Virus record (IMG/VR): IMGVR_UViG_3300025117_000032
Source of the DNA: a virus
DNA: 64,000 nucleotides
Direction: 5' to 3' (one strand)
The notes under the pieces were generated by a model. The model saw nothing but the letters and a program-made list of their open reading frames with translations. It did not search any database and had not been told where the DNA came from. Shown here in pieces: positions 11,255 to 22,700 of this stretch. The translations under genes and the position numbers were made by a program. Each line of letters opens with the position of its first letter. Within the stretch, counting starts at the first letter, position 1.

Positions 11255-11329
11255 CTACATTATATCTGTATCATAGCTACCGCACTTGGGGCATTTACCC
11301 TCATATGTGCCTTTACCAATACTTTTCAT
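11255..11329 (-). CDS. 24-aa micro-ORF with CPKCGS half zinc ribbon (possibly a fragment)
   Basis: MKSIGKGTYEGKCPKCGSYDTDIM*; ATG overlaps the TAA of the upstream gene; not in the ORF track. Confidence 0.35.
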   Translation of the reverse strand: MKSIGKGTYEGKCPKCGSYDTDIM

Positions 11330-12558
11330 TACAACTCCAGGGAAACCTTAAAGCTTAGGGTTTCCAGCTTGTTTTTTTCAACTGGTTCTGACAACTTAGC
11401 ATATGCTAACAAAGTATCACTATCATCAAAAAGGCCAATTTCTGTCACATAGATAGAGGCTGAATCGTCTTCCCTGTAGTAAGCCATCTTGTGATTATAG
11501 GTTGGGTTGTCTGTGAAGTTGAATTCCCCCATGTTTGCTTGGCAGAAATAGATCATCTTATGATCTTTTGTTACAGTCCTATAGGTTAGTTTTGCACTTT
11601 CATGAGCAACCGATCCTGTGAACCTAACATTCTTTCTGTTTGCAGTATTTGTGTTCGGTTGTTTTGTTCCTGCTGTGTAAGTTATCGCTTGGAATGTTAC
11701 ATCATTACCAGACCAAATTGATCCTATGGTTTGTGCCGATCCTGCATTGGTGTTAGCTATGAAGTCCTCCCTGCCACTTGTGTATGTGTCAAAAATAACA
11801 AACACACCCCTCTCCAAGAAAGCAATACCATATGGTATGTCATATCCATCATCTGGATTTCTTGAAGCATGGGTGGCTCTTAGGTGAATGTTCATCTTAG
11901 CTTCTGCTGTTGTCCAAGTATAGGTTGCATCATCATTGTCTGGATCCCAAGATCTCTTGCCACTATTAGGATTTATAGACCCATCTATGGTTCCTGTGTA
12001 TGGAAATATTTGCCCAGACGTAAATGTTCCTGTTGGCAAAGATCCACTCAATAGTGGATTGCTTGTGTCGGCAAACAAATAGATAGAGGCACATCCGTAT
12101 ATCCCATCATCATATTCATTGCTTACATGCAAGCCATTTGTCTTATCCAAGTACCCAGCATAAGAAGATCCATAGAAGGTTGTGAATTCAGTTACAGCGG
12201 TTCCAATGGGAACATTCAATCTAAGGGTAGACCCATCAATGTAGGTTCCACATCCTGATTGTGGAATGGTTGCAATCAACATTCTCTTGCCGTTGTATAT
12301 GTCAAAGGAATCAACAAATCTGTAATACTCGTTTACGTCTGCTCTGGACAAACCAAAGGACATGAACAGGTTTCTCATGTCATCATCGGCAGCAGTCCAA
12401 TTTTTATCTGTGACTGTACCTGATCTCTCAATGAGATACCAAGTCAAAGCTTGGTCTGCTCCAGAATCACCATACGCAGACTTTTTAGCTGAATATGCTT
12501 TACTAATTCCCTTGAATGTATCTTCTGTGGATAGGCTCTTATATCTTACTATTGACAT
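11329..12558 (-). CDS. Virion structural (baseplate/tail-associated) protein
   Basis: C-terminal EFNFTDNPT...YVTEIGLFDDSDTLLAYAKLSEPVEK, resembling tail fibre/collar attachment domains; paralogous to the 13243..15231 C-terminus. Confidence 0.55.
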   Translation of the reverse strand: MSIVRYKSLSTEDTFKGISKAYSAKKSAYGDSGADQALTWYLIERSGTVTDKNWTAADDDMRNLFMSFGLSRADVNEYYRFVDSFDIYNGKRMLIATIPQSGCGTYIDGSTLRLNVPIGTAVTEFTTFYGSSYAGYLDKTNGLHVSNEYDDGIYGCASIYLFADTSNPLLSGSLPTGTFTSGQIFPYTGTIDGSINPNSGKRSWDPDNDDATYTWTTAEAKMNIHLRATHASRNPDDGYDIPYGIAFLERGVFVIFDTYTSGREDFIANTNAGSAQTIGSIWSGNDVTFQAITYTAGTKQPNTNTANRKNVRFTGSVAHESAKLTYRTVTKDHKMIYFCQANMGEFNFTDNPTYNHKMAYYREDDSASIYVTEIGLFDDSDTLLAYAKLSEPVEKNKLETLSFKVSLEL

Positions 12559-12580
12559 TTTTCTTCTCCCTATTTAAACC

Positions 12581-13231
12581 TTATGGTGTGTACTTTGACA
12601 AATCAATCGTCACTTCTGTTGACTGATTAGACTCTGTTCCTACAATGTTAATTACCGTAGATACAACCGCAACTGCCGTGTTGTTATCTGTATAATTTCC
12701 AAACACATATTCCAAATCTTTTTCTGTGTTCACATACTCTGTGAACCTCCATTTGTTTGTACCAATCGAAGTTAGTTTAAACAATCTATCGAAGCTCGTT
12801 TGGCTCATCGAAGTTGGCTTAATAACAGACACCAAATAAACTTCACCATATGTCTTGTTCTTTGGCCACTCTGTTTCCACGGCAAACTCAACATACCTTT
12901 CAGCATCGGTTCCCACTTCAAGTTTGAAGTTGAATTGTGGTCCATAGTTTCCACCAATCAAAACAACAGGGATGGTTGGTTCATACTTACCACTAAACAA
13001 AGCATGGCTTCTCATCTTGGGAACAAATGCAGATGGTTCTGGAACATGCCCAGAAGCAAGTACATCAACCCCACCCTCAATGGCTGAATAGTCAACGTCT
13101 GAATCCCCGAGCCCAAACTTGGTGATGAACCTACCGGAAGTAGACTCGATTGAATCGTATAGTTTTTGTTTTCCGGCATCCGTCAATTTTGCCGTCACTG
13201 TTACTGTTGCTGCGCTTGCAATAAAAGCCAT
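12581..13231 (-). CDS. Virion structural protein
   Basis: AKLTDAGKQKL...ITKFGLGDSDVDY; paralog of 15251..15796. Confidence 0.5.
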   Translation of the reverse strand: MAFIASAATVTVTAKLTDAGKQKLYDSIESTSGRFITKFGLGDSDVDYSAIEGGVDVLASGHVPEPSAFVPKMRSHALFSGKYEPTIPVVLIGGNYGPQFNFKLEVGTDAERYVEFAVETEWPKNKTYGEVYLVSVIKPTSMSQTSFDRLFKLTSIGTNKWRFTEYVNTEKDLEYVFGNYTDNNTAVAVVSTVINIVGTESNQSTEVTIDLSKYTP

Positions 13232-13242
13232 TGGTATCTCCT

Positions 13243-15231
13243 TTAGAAATCTAACTCAAGTTTCACGGTTACATATTTTTGATCGTTCTTTTCTATTGGT
13301 GTATTCAACTTGCCGATCAATAGCAAATCGTTGTTTTCATTATACGCTGCAACCTCTGATACATACACACTATCGTTTACTGTGGAATCAAAGGTTGGGT
13401 TCTGTGTGGTGTTAAACTCATTGTTCTTAGCAACACAACTTGCTGCCAACTTATAAATAGTCGTTTCTAGGTTTCCAGATAGATATCCGATACCAAGTAT
13501 TTCTTTCCCAAAGTGTAGGTTCGAGTTTCCAGACAAATACACGCCTGTGAAGTTGTAAGCATTAACTAAGCTACTGTAGTTCGGCACAGTTTTAAACAAA
13601 GTAGAAAACACATGGTATGTACTACTTACCGCACTATACTTGAATGAGTTTGGGTTTGGTATGTTTGTTTCAGAAGACCCAGTTCCAATAATCAGATAGT
13701 TACCAGCTACAGTAAAACCAGTTCCACCAGCAGCCGTTGAAGCATACCATGGTGTAAGACTTACCACAGGCTGTACGGCCAAAGCTCCACCACTCAACGA
13801 AGGGACAAACCTTTGTAGGTATCTACAATGCATTGGTCTTAAGTGTCCAGTTCCAAATCCACCAGTAGCACCTGTGTTTGGTCCAGACTGACCACTGATT
13901 GCATATGTGAAATAATATGCAGTTCCGGTTTGAAAATCGGATGTGTAATTGCTCAACACCTGGTAAGTGTGGTTCAACGCTGGTAGAGTGTAAGACCTAT
14001 TCGAATTGAATTGTAAAGCAACATTGACTTCCGGTTCATCTATGATAATCATCTTCTTGTCATAGAAAACCTTACCGATAATGTTACTTGAGGTTGTTGC
14101 CCCATCTCTTAAATATCTGTAGCGAAGTTCACTCTCTTCATCTCTCATTGTTGAATCAACGGTGTCTGTTAAAGTCAAACCTGGTGTCGATAGTTTGTGC
14201 CACATCACTGTTGGTAGATGCAATCTAATCGTGCCTGGATACCAAGCATCGGCAGAATTGTAACCACTGTAGTATGGATAGATAGCTGTTATTGTTCTTC
14301 CAGATTCATCATCGTACCCATAGAAATTCAAGAAGCCCTTTCCGTCTGTTGAAGCACTAACCCCAACTGCTTCAAAATAATTGTAGCTGTCTATGGCTTG
14401 CTTTGATCTCAAGGATGGGTTGTAATTTGAATAATAGGTGTTGGCACTAGTTGTGGTTCCTGTTGTTGTCAAAAACACCTGGGCAATTGTAAGGTTGGTG
14501 TTTCCAGCACCACTATGATATGGCAAAGGTCTATCAACAACTATGGTTCCAACCGCGTCCGCTGGACCCATTGACAGGATGTTATAGAATAATGTTTGAT
14601 GAAAGTTGTCTGCGTTTCCACTATAATAGTTATCCCAATCATATGTTCCAGAAGTATCCCCGCTTCCATTTACCATCAATGCAACATAACTGGATGCTGA
14701 ATGATACCCATTAGCTGCAACCCATACCGCCATTGCTGTTGCTTCTGCATCCGTGCCATCAAAGTTTATTGTTGTAATTGAATCACCAGAAAAGCAACTC
14801 TTTATTACTGGTATACGAAAAGATGCCGTTGTCATACTAGTATCACTTGACAATGGGTATGTTGTTTGAAACACGGTGCCTGTCTGCTTACTTGCCCTTA
14901 CTGATACTTGGCTAGAATCAAATCTCTTGAAGTGAGAAAGGGTTTGTTGCAATTCAGAAGATACTATTGCCAAATCTGTTTCGGCATACACAACAATAAC
15001 ACTACTATAGGTGGCAGTCAAACCACTTTCATCATACACAGTCAACGATGCTTTGAATGAACCATTGGTTGTGTATTTGTGTGTCGGATTTATTTGGGTG
15101 CTTGTTGTGCCATCCCCAAAATCCCACTTAACAGATACAAAGTTTCCGCTTGATGTATTCGTAAAGTTGACTGTTAACGGGGCTATTCCGCTTGAAACTG
15201 AAGCAACAAATTTAGGTATCATATCAGCCAT
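13243..15231 (-). CDS. PKD-domain virion structural protein
   Basis: N-terminal PKD (APLTVNFTNTS...WDFGDGTTSTQINPTHKY); C-terminal YVSEVAAYNENNDLLLIGKLNTPIEK. Confidence 0.7.
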   Translation of the reverse strand: MADMIPKFVASVSSGIAPLTVNFTNTSSGNFVSVKWDFGDGTTSTQINPTHKYTTNGSFKASLTVYDESGLTATYSSVIVVYAETDLAIVSSELQQTLSHFKRFDSSQVSVRASKQTGTVFQTTYPLSSDTSMTTASFRIPVIKSCFSGDSITTINFDGTDAEATAMAVWVAANGYHSASSYVALMVNGSGDTSGTYDWDNYYSGNADNFHQTLFYNILSMGPADAVGTIVVDRPLPYHSGAGNTNLTIAQVFLTTTGTTTSANTYYSNYNPSLRSKQAIDSYNYFEAVGVSASTDGKGFLNFYGYDDESGRTITAIYPYYSGYNSADAWYPGTIRLHLPTVMWHKLSTPGLTLTDTVDSTMRDEESELRYRYLRDGATTSSNIIGKVFYDKKMIIIDEPEVNVALQFNSNRSYTLPALNHTYQVLSNYTSDFQTGTAYYFTYAISGQSGPNTGATGGFGTGHLRPMHCRYLQRFVPSLSGGALAVQPVVSLTPWYASTAAGGTGFTVAGNYLIIGTGSSETNIPNPNSFKYSAVSSTYHVFSTLFKTVPNYSSLVNAYNFTGVYLSGNSNLHFGKEILGIGYLSGNLETTIYKLAASCVAKNNEFNTTQNPTFDSTVNDSVYVSEVAAYNENNDLLLIGKLNTPIEKNDQKYVTVKLELDF

Positions 15232-15250
15232 GTGTTTTTCTTTCCTCTGC

Positions 15251-15796
15251 TTACTCTATGTTCAATGTCAATAGAGCATAAGTTGAACTGGTTTTTCCCT
15301 CAACCTTTATCGTAGTAGATCCCACTACATCATAAGTAACAAACGATGCTCCCTTGGTGTCTGTGTTTTTGACTATGTTAAAATCATAATCGTTCAATGG
15401 ACCAAGATTTGTCCACACATACTCTTCGTCAAAAATCTCAATTGGTAGCCAAGAGGTAGAGGCTCCAACATTAATTCCACTCTGATTTTTTGTCATGGTT
15501 ATTTCGTTTACAGTTAGACTAACCAGGGCTGTTCCACTTGGCGGTTCCCCAGACTGATACAATTTACTCTTTAGGTCTGCTCCCTCAAAGGACGGTTCCT
15601 GTATAAGCAAACCAGTTATCTTGGAATCATCCGTGCCGTTGATCAATCTATAATCTATTTCTGAATCACCAAAGGAGTATTTAACAAGATCAAAAAGATC
15701 CTCATCCTTGATTCCCTTTGTTAACAACTCCCTACCTTTAGCTGTCAACTTTATGTTGATAACTGCAACTGATTCATCTTTTGATAAATGCGCCAT
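15251..15796 (-). CDS. Virion structural protein
   Basis: IKLTAKGRELL...KYSFGDSEIDY; paralog of 12581..13231. Confidence 0.5.
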   Translation of the reverse strand: MAHLSKDESVAVINIKLTAKGRELLTKGIKDEDLFDLVKYSFGDSEIDYRLINGTDDSKITGLLIQEPSFEGADLKSKLYQSGEPPSGTALVSLTVNEITMTKNQSGINVGASTSWLPIEIFDEEYVWTNLGPLNDYDFNIVKNTDTKGASFVTYDVVGSTTIKVEGKTSSTYALLTLNIE

Positions 15797-15818
15797 GTGT
15801 TCCTCTCTTAGCTACTAT

Positions 15819-15825
15819 ATAAATA
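15819..15825 (-). promoter_or_regulatory. TATTTAT motif, putative late promoter element
   Basis: Same heptamer occurs 16-33 nt upstream of at least 8 minus-strand starts in the window. Confidence 0.5.
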
Positions 15826-15855
15826 CACACACAAGAACTTTTTAGTGCCAACTAA

Positions 15856-18800
15856 TTACCCACCCAAATCAACGCGAATGTCTCCTATTGGGGCTTCTGG
15901 CTCACTTGGAATCTCTCCGCGAGATTCACCACTGTCTGTAAACGATCCTGTTTTGAATGCATATGGTTGGGTTGAAATATATGACTCTAGGTTGTGCCCA
16001 AACATATTCAACTTGCCCCTAAAGTTTTTCACCCTCCACCAATAATATGTATCTGGTTCTAGGGTTGTCTGTTGAGTGTAGGTATAATCATCGGCAACAT
16101 TTTGTCTTGCTGCAACATTGATGGTTATAGCTGTTGCCCAATTGCCATCTGCTATTTGTGTGTAAGCACTTAGGGTACTTGCATCACTAGTTCCATTGTT
16201 CCAAAATTGAACCTCTAGTCTAGTTGCATCACTAACACCATTCCATTTTACAGTTACCGATGCTGAATCCAAAGTTGTGGCTGTGCTATCTTCTGGGTAA
16301 GAAGTTAGGTTCGGTTCCTTTGGGGTATTCAGATATAGGAAGTAGTTTCCATAATATCTGATTCCATTGTACACCGTTTTGTCATACTCTCCTTCAATCA
16401 AATTTATTCCACTAAACACAGGTAGGATGGTCATTTGTTCTGTCCACCCAGATGGGCAATGAGTTGTTGCCTTGTATCTCAAGAAATACTCTTCTTTGTC
16501 TTTTAGAATATCGGCATACAAACTGTTCAACCCACCAACGCTAACAGTTCCAGTAATAGAATATGTGTTTGTTTTTCTTCCTGCCAAATCTGTAACCATT
16601 ACTGGTAAGCTCCAACCACTCATTGTTGTTGAGGTTAGATTTGTGATCTCTATGGATTGGTCTGGGTTGTTCCAATCAAAATAGTTTATTGACCTATATG
16701 CTTTTGTACCATTGAACAACGAAACTAAGTAATGTTCTATTATCTTAACCTCTCCGTTAGATATGTTGATACGGTTGGCATTTTGCCTCAAGTGGTTCAA
16801 CAAATTGATTGATCCAAGGTTGTTGTTTTTGCCAATATCCATAAACAATGGTGCTAACCTATTGGTGTAAGTTGGGAAGTATCTATTGACAACATTTTTC
16901 ATTAAGTCTAAACTTGGTGTCTCAATGTTGTAAACATCCGTATGCATATTGTACATATCATTCAAGAACGACACATACAGGGTTGGTGTAACCACATTGC
17001 TTTGATTGTAAAGATCGTAAAACACACCATCTATAATTTCAAACGCATAGGAGCGAACATACTTCAACCAATCGACACCTGCTCCCATAAAGCTGCCTGG
17101 GCTTGTCCAGAACCCTATCTCTGGGAAAGTTGTGATTGTGTTCTTAAGTTCATTGACAGACGTAATGGTTACACCTGTGTTGAGCCATGGATCGTAAGAT
17201 CCAGATCTGACAACCAAATTTGTTCCAGCGTCAAGATTAATCAAAGAAGAAATTTTATATATTCCCGATCCGTAAGACTCTCTCACTGATTTTATTATGC
17301 TATATTCATAATCTTCATCTACAAGTGAAACATTTTGGTTACTCTTGAATAACTCTATGTTAAATTTTGTGTACCCACTAGTTGAAAGGTTTGATGCTGA
17401 AAATACTATATCAACGGTGTTGTTGTTGGTAACAACCGTAGCATTGCTATCGTAGTCAATAAATGTTGTGGTTCCATATTGTCCAGAAATAGGAACTAAT
17501 AATGGACTACCCAAAGTTTCAGTCAATCCGGTTTCAACTATATCCATACTAATGATGTCAGATGGAATGTTAGTTTGTTCTGTGGACAAAACGTATGTGT
17601 CTATTTCAGAAGCATAGCAAGACACCCTTGACGTTGGCAAAGAATATCCAGTCAACACCGTAGCAGAGTGGAGAGTTTTCTTTGTTGACGCAAAAGAGTT
17701 TCCAGTTAAAATGTCTACATTATGAACCGAAACCCTAGCAGATGGTATAGAGTGACCACTACCGGCAGCACCACTATATACAGCATTTTTACTAACAGAA
17801 GGATAGACATGGGTGATAACCATCCCAGATTGGAATGGTAATTCAACTGGGTCCAATTCCGATACTTGCCACTTGTATTTTTCTCTATGCCACCAAGGGT
17901 TCCTGTGAGTTTCCCCAATGCCAACTACCGATGATGATGCTGGGATCAATTTACCAACTGTTTGTGTCCAACTGTTATCCAAAAAGTCAACGTATGATTT
18001 TAAGGATGCTGGGGTAACATAGTCTGGATCCCCACTCTTGTACACAAAAAATTCCGCCGCTAGTTCTGGATAATTTTCAGCATACCTATGCATACCATCC
18101 GAACGAACCAAAGCTGTCTGTATTCTATTCTCAAATATGAATTGGTTTGGTTGTGTAGTTGAGGATACTGTTTTCAAAAGCCCATCTGGACCATACACCC
18201 TTGGGTGGTTATCCCACCCCCAACTATAGAAGTCAGACTCCATAGCATTATAAACAGATACGTCTATTGTTAATTTTCTATTGTTAATTATTGAGGTTGC
18301 AGTAAAGGCTGACACCGCTCCATTGTCATCTATGTATTCATACTTGTTTCCTGTTTGGATTAAAATGAGTGACGGAAGGTATGCCGTTTCCTTATTACCA
18401 ATAATTGGGGTGGTTCCATCACTCCACACAAAATTTCCCTCAATACCAATCAGTTCCTTGATGCTCAATAAGTTTTCAGGTATACTGAAAATGTTGAATA
18501 GATATTTGACACTCTCCAGGGTTCCCTTTTTCTTGTATAGGTAAATGATGTTGGTGAGAATTCTTCTCCACACTTCAAACTCTAGGTACTCTCCACTAAC
18601 ACTCGACTGTAATGTGTTTCCGGTAACATAGTTGTCATAAACATCAAATATGTATTGGTAGTAATATTCATCCAAAAAGGATTCTGATATGCTAATGTTC
18701 CACAACCCACACAGTCTATTCACAAGACTTTTTGGAATGTGGTCATAGTTTCCGTAATCAATAGTGTGCATGTATTGAAGTTGGTCTTGGTAATTTTTTA

Positions 18801-19707
18801 TCTGATCAAACATTTTACCATAAGATACAATCAGTTTGTACATCAAGTTGTCGTTGCTGTCTAGTTGTTTCTGCCCATCTGGGTACAACTTTCTCCATAG
18901 GAAGTTTGAATTTTCATTGTCACAACCCTCTGCCCAATCCAATTCTGTTTCCACAAAGTCATCGTAGTCTGTTCCAACCAACACCAAATTTTGAGAAACA
19001 GCGGAATCTCTTGGAACATAATTGTCTCTCCCATATGGGGGAACAACCAAATCATACTCATAATCAGATATTGTCTTATAGAAGTTTTGTAGGTTCTCTG
19101 TTGTTGGGTAGACAGCATATGACCACGTTGCTCCTGTTGGTGGAGTTCCATCCAACTCAAATGTTGTTTGTCCTGTACCCCCAGTTACAGCTACAATGCT
19201 ATATGAGGTTTGGATAATGTTAGACAACAGTGAGTAAAGAGCGAATCCGGTATAGGCAGATGATGTATTGAATTGTCTCCCATAGGTGTAAGATTGGTTG
19301 TGGTCAAAAATTAGTGTGTTCCCGACTCCAGTATCAGCATTGATTATCAAGAAACCATTTGGATAATTTTCAGTAATGTTGTTTATAGCAGAGGCAACCA
19401 CAGAATAAACAGACCCCAAGTACCCAAGAGATTGTGGCTCAGTATAATCAATAGCCAATTTTGCTTGTGACAAATCAACGTATGATCTTGGTTGCACATT
19501 GACACCACCACCAGAGTAAATGCTTTCTAGTGATTCATATCTTCCAATGCTACCTCTTTGAGAATCGTCCAAGATTATGTTGAGTTGCCCAAGAGATTTA
19601 CTTAGGCTATTATCACAAAAGATGAACTCTGGTTTAGATCTTGCACCAGACCCAACTTCGTCAAATCCAAAATCCTGTATCGACTCAAAATCTGCTAATC
19701 TTTTCAT
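15856..19707 (-). CDS. Large baseplate/tail structural protein
   Basis: IYLYKKKGTLESVKYLF resembles the baseplate wedge/P2 gpI-type motif; C-terminal FN3-like TLEPDTYYWWRV. Confidence 0.55.
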   Translation of the reverse strand: MKRLADFESIQDFGFDEVGSGARSKPEFIFCDNSLSKSLGQLNIILDDSQRGSIGRYESLESIYSGGGVNVQPRSYVDLSQAKLAIDYTEPQSLGYLGSVYSVVASAINNITENYPNGFLIINADTGVGNTLIFDHNQSYTYGRQFNTSSAYTGFALYSLLSNIIQTSYSIVAVTGGTGQTTFELDGTPPTGATWSYAVYPTTENLQNFYKTISDYEYDLVVPPYGRDNYVPRDSAVSQNLVLVGTDYDDFVETELDWAEGCDNENSNFLWRKLYPDGQKQLDSNDNLMYKLIVSYGKMFDQIKNYQDQLQYMHTIDYGNYDHIPKSLVNRLCGLWNISISESFLDEYYYQYIFDVYDNYVTGNTLQSSVSGEYLEFEVWRRILTNIIYLYKKKGTLESVKYLFNIFSIPENLLSIKELIGIEGNFVWSDGTTPIIGNKETAYLPSLILIQTGNKYEYIDDNGAVSAFTATSIINNRKLTIDVSVYNAMESDFYSWGWDNHPRVYGPDGLLKTVSSTTQPNQFIFENRIQTALVRSDGMHRYAENYPELAAEFFVYKSGDPDYVTPASLKSYVDFLDNSWTQTVGKLIPASSSVVGIGETHRNPWWHREKYKWQVSELDPVELPFQSGMVITHVYPSVSKNAVYSGAAGSGHSIPSARVSVHNVDILTGNSFASTKKTLHSATVLTGYSLPTSRVSCYASEIDTYVLSTEQTNIPSDIISMDIVETGLTETLGSPLLVPISGQYGTTTFIDYDSNATVVTNNNTVDIVFSASNLSTSGYTKFNIELFKSNQNVSLVDEDYEYSIIKSVRESYGSGIYKISSLINLDAGTNLVVRSGSYDPWLNTGVTITSVNELKNTITTFPEIGFWTSPGSFMGAGVDWLKYVRSYAFEIIDGVFYDLYNQSNVVTPTLYVSFLNDMYNMHTDVYNIETPSLDLMKNVVNRYFPTYTNRLAPLFMDIGKNNNLGSINLLNHLRQNANRINISNGEVKIIEHYLVSLFNGTKAYRSINYFDWNNPDQSIEITNLTSTTMSGWSLPVMVTDLAGRKTNTYSITGTVSVGGLNSLYADILKDKEEYFLRYKATTHCPSGWTEQMTILPVFSGINLIEGEYDKTVYNGIRYYGNYFLYLNTPKEPNLTSYPEDSTATTLDSASVTVKWNGVSDATRLEVQFWNNGTSDASTLSAYTQIADGNWATAITINVAARQNVADDYTYTQQTTLEPDTYYWWRVKNFRGKLNMFGHNLESYISTQPYAFKTGSFTDSGESRGEIPSEPEAPIGDIRVDLGG

Positions 19708-19710
19708 TGC

Positions 19711-22700
19711 CTACCTTATTGGATCTCTGTATTCTATCAAATCGAACCCTGTACTTTGGTTAAGTATCTTACCATAAGAGAACTGTTTGTAAATATTCCC
19801 GTTGTGGTCATATATGGTACATAGACCAGTTGCAGTATTCAGTTCTTTCTTACCATAGTCTGCATAGCTTAGGGTCAAGGAGTTGTGTTCAACTATGTCA
19901 ACCTCAACCATCACAGGAACAAAAGAGCTTGACCATAGATATATCTTGCTACCGCTATTTATTTGCCCCTCAATATTTGGGGACACTTGCAGTCTTTGTT
20001 CTGAATCTTTGTAATAAGACCCAACCACAACTTTTGGATCACCAAGCTTCACTAGGTTTTGATCCATAAACTGTATGTTCCATCCATAAAAAGTGTTCTT
20101 TGTTGTGTACCCATTCAAGTCATCCTTCACATACACAACACCATCAACAACTCTATCCACCTTAGCCAATATCCTAACTGGCTCAACCTTGATTGTGTAT
20201 TTCCCTGGCGAGTTGAAGTCTTCAACATTGGTTAGGTTAAGCATTGCAACATCGCCATTATTAACAGAAGTTGTCATTGGTTGCCAATCAAACCCCGGTA
20301 ATCTTTTGTACGTCACACTAACATTTGCAGGAGACACATTGGCATTGGTAATGTTGAATATGCTATTCGTCTGATTGGATAGGTTTCCCTTTATCTCAAC
20401 GATAGAATCCATGATTACCCTATTGGTGTTATTTATGGTCCCCCACATATTATCATCAACCGACTTTAGCATGTTTTTAAGGAACCTAATGTTCATCAAG
20501 ATTGCTAACTGTCCAGCCTCCTGTGTGTTATAATGCACAGGAAGTTCACCAGACTTATCCGTGGTTTGTGTAACAACAAATGGATTGTCAACACCAAAAG
20601 ACCCTGTTCCCAGACTTTTTGACTCTGAATGAGATGCTAGTATCCCAGGCTTTACACCATAAAAATCTGCCCCCTCATGTGAATAAGATCCACCTTGCCC
20701 CATTACATATTTCCAACCATTGGTAATGTGTGGCTCGTGACTCAATTCATTATCAGAAAACAGATCATACATATTGTAGTTTGGGTCTTCCGAACTATCG
20801 CTTGGGTGCCACATCAATGTTATTTTATCTCTGGCATTTACAAGATGCTCTGGACCATCCTCATAGGCATAATATGGAATAGCATCTATGCTATAAACGA
20901 TAGAAAAGGTATATCTTTTCCCATCAATGGATATCCCATTTCTAACCAGCGCATCTGCCTCATCATAAAACACATACCTAAACCAAGTATATGGTGTGTT
21001 GTATGACCTTCCATAAAGTTGAGCCTGTAGTCTAATTATTTTTTTGGTTCCCAATGGACCTAAATTTGGGTATTCAGAATACGGTATCCCATCTGGATTT
21101 TTAAATTTAAGCAACACCCATTGATACTTGTCAAAAGTTGGTGCCCCGCCAGGACGAGAAAATTGAACCCCAGGAACAGACATATTCATTACAGATATAT
21201 CAGCAGAAATTCTAGCTGGATCAACCGTAGTAACTGTTTGTCCTGGAGGATAATATGGATATGGGGGGATTGGGTTTGCCCATTTTCTACCAATTTTTGC
21301 AATATACACTTCTTCGAAATTAGATATGGATGTATCTGGATTAGTCAATGTTATTATGTTTGTAATAGTATCGGTGGAAAAAGCATCTGGAATACCAGCA
21401 ACAACTCGTTTCACATCTATCTTAAGGTAATATATTTTAGTTAATCTATCTGCCACAAAAGTTGGGGTTCCAACACCCCAAGAAAAAGAAGCATCGGTAG
21501 AATAGTTTCGTGTAACTTTTGGATCAGAGGGATCATTTGATACTAACTCAAATTTGTATTGTGTATTTGATGAAGTTCTACACACAAAAACAATGGTGGT
21601 TGGGTATTCATCAATCACATTGCCTGCCCCACCACGAACATCGTAATATGTTCCGCCAGTACTAACCATTGTTCCTAAAACAGGTGTTGGAATTGTGGTT
21701 GGAAAAATATTTATCCAAATTGGATTTGATGTATATCTTGCCCCATCCTGAAGCACAGCAGTAAGGTATGGTCTATGCGAAGAAGCAGAATGGTCTGCTG
21801 GTTCTTCATAATCATACACAAATGGTTTAAGCATGTCTGTTGTTGAATGTGGCAAACCACCATCATCAAAATCCCATATCCACTCTTTAACATCTGTTGT
21901 ATTGGTTGATGTGTTAATGAATTCTATATTATCATTGTATAAAAAGGCTCTGACAGTTGTGTCTGTGCTTCCCTGTTTCCTAACACTAAACTTTAGAACC
22001 GGAACTTGCAGTATGGTTTTTTTGGAAATAGTAATATTTATGGATGTTGTCTTAAAGGTTCCATCTGCTGCTATTGCTTTAAGCTCCACTAGATTAACTA
22101 TATTGTTGGTTGTATCGTTTTTTTGGTATGATACAGTTACATCCTTTGAGGTTGAAGAAGCAGGATTACCACCGGCAAATTTCCACTCTCTACTTGTTGT
22201 GTTTTCGGTAACGTCATGAAAAGTTATCGTTCCTCCGCTGCTTGGTAAAGACGTAGCCGTTGGATCTATATGTGGTACTATAACAATTGGAGGGGCAATT
22301 GGATCTGTGCCACCACCCGGAATTCCTGCAATGGCAGATAATAAGCTTCCTTCCATTCTATCCATGTTTCCCAATATCTCATTTAGGGTATCCGAATAGT
22401 CCACACTTTCTGGATAGAATATTAACTCCCCCTGATATGATCCGGCATAGTTGTACCATTGGGTGTTATCATTTTCATTTGCACTTAGAACAAGATCAAT
22501 GGTAACAACCTCTCCACCTTCCCTGAAAGTAAAAACTCTCCTTCCACTTTGAGATTCACTATCGCTAACTCCTGTTGCAGTTATGTATCCATCATCATGA
22601 CTTTTGCTAACAAGATATACCCAATATCTCTTTCCTCTTTCTAGTCTCTGGAAATTTATGCTTCCGTCCGATCCAGCAGGTTGTGATTCTGTGATGACAT

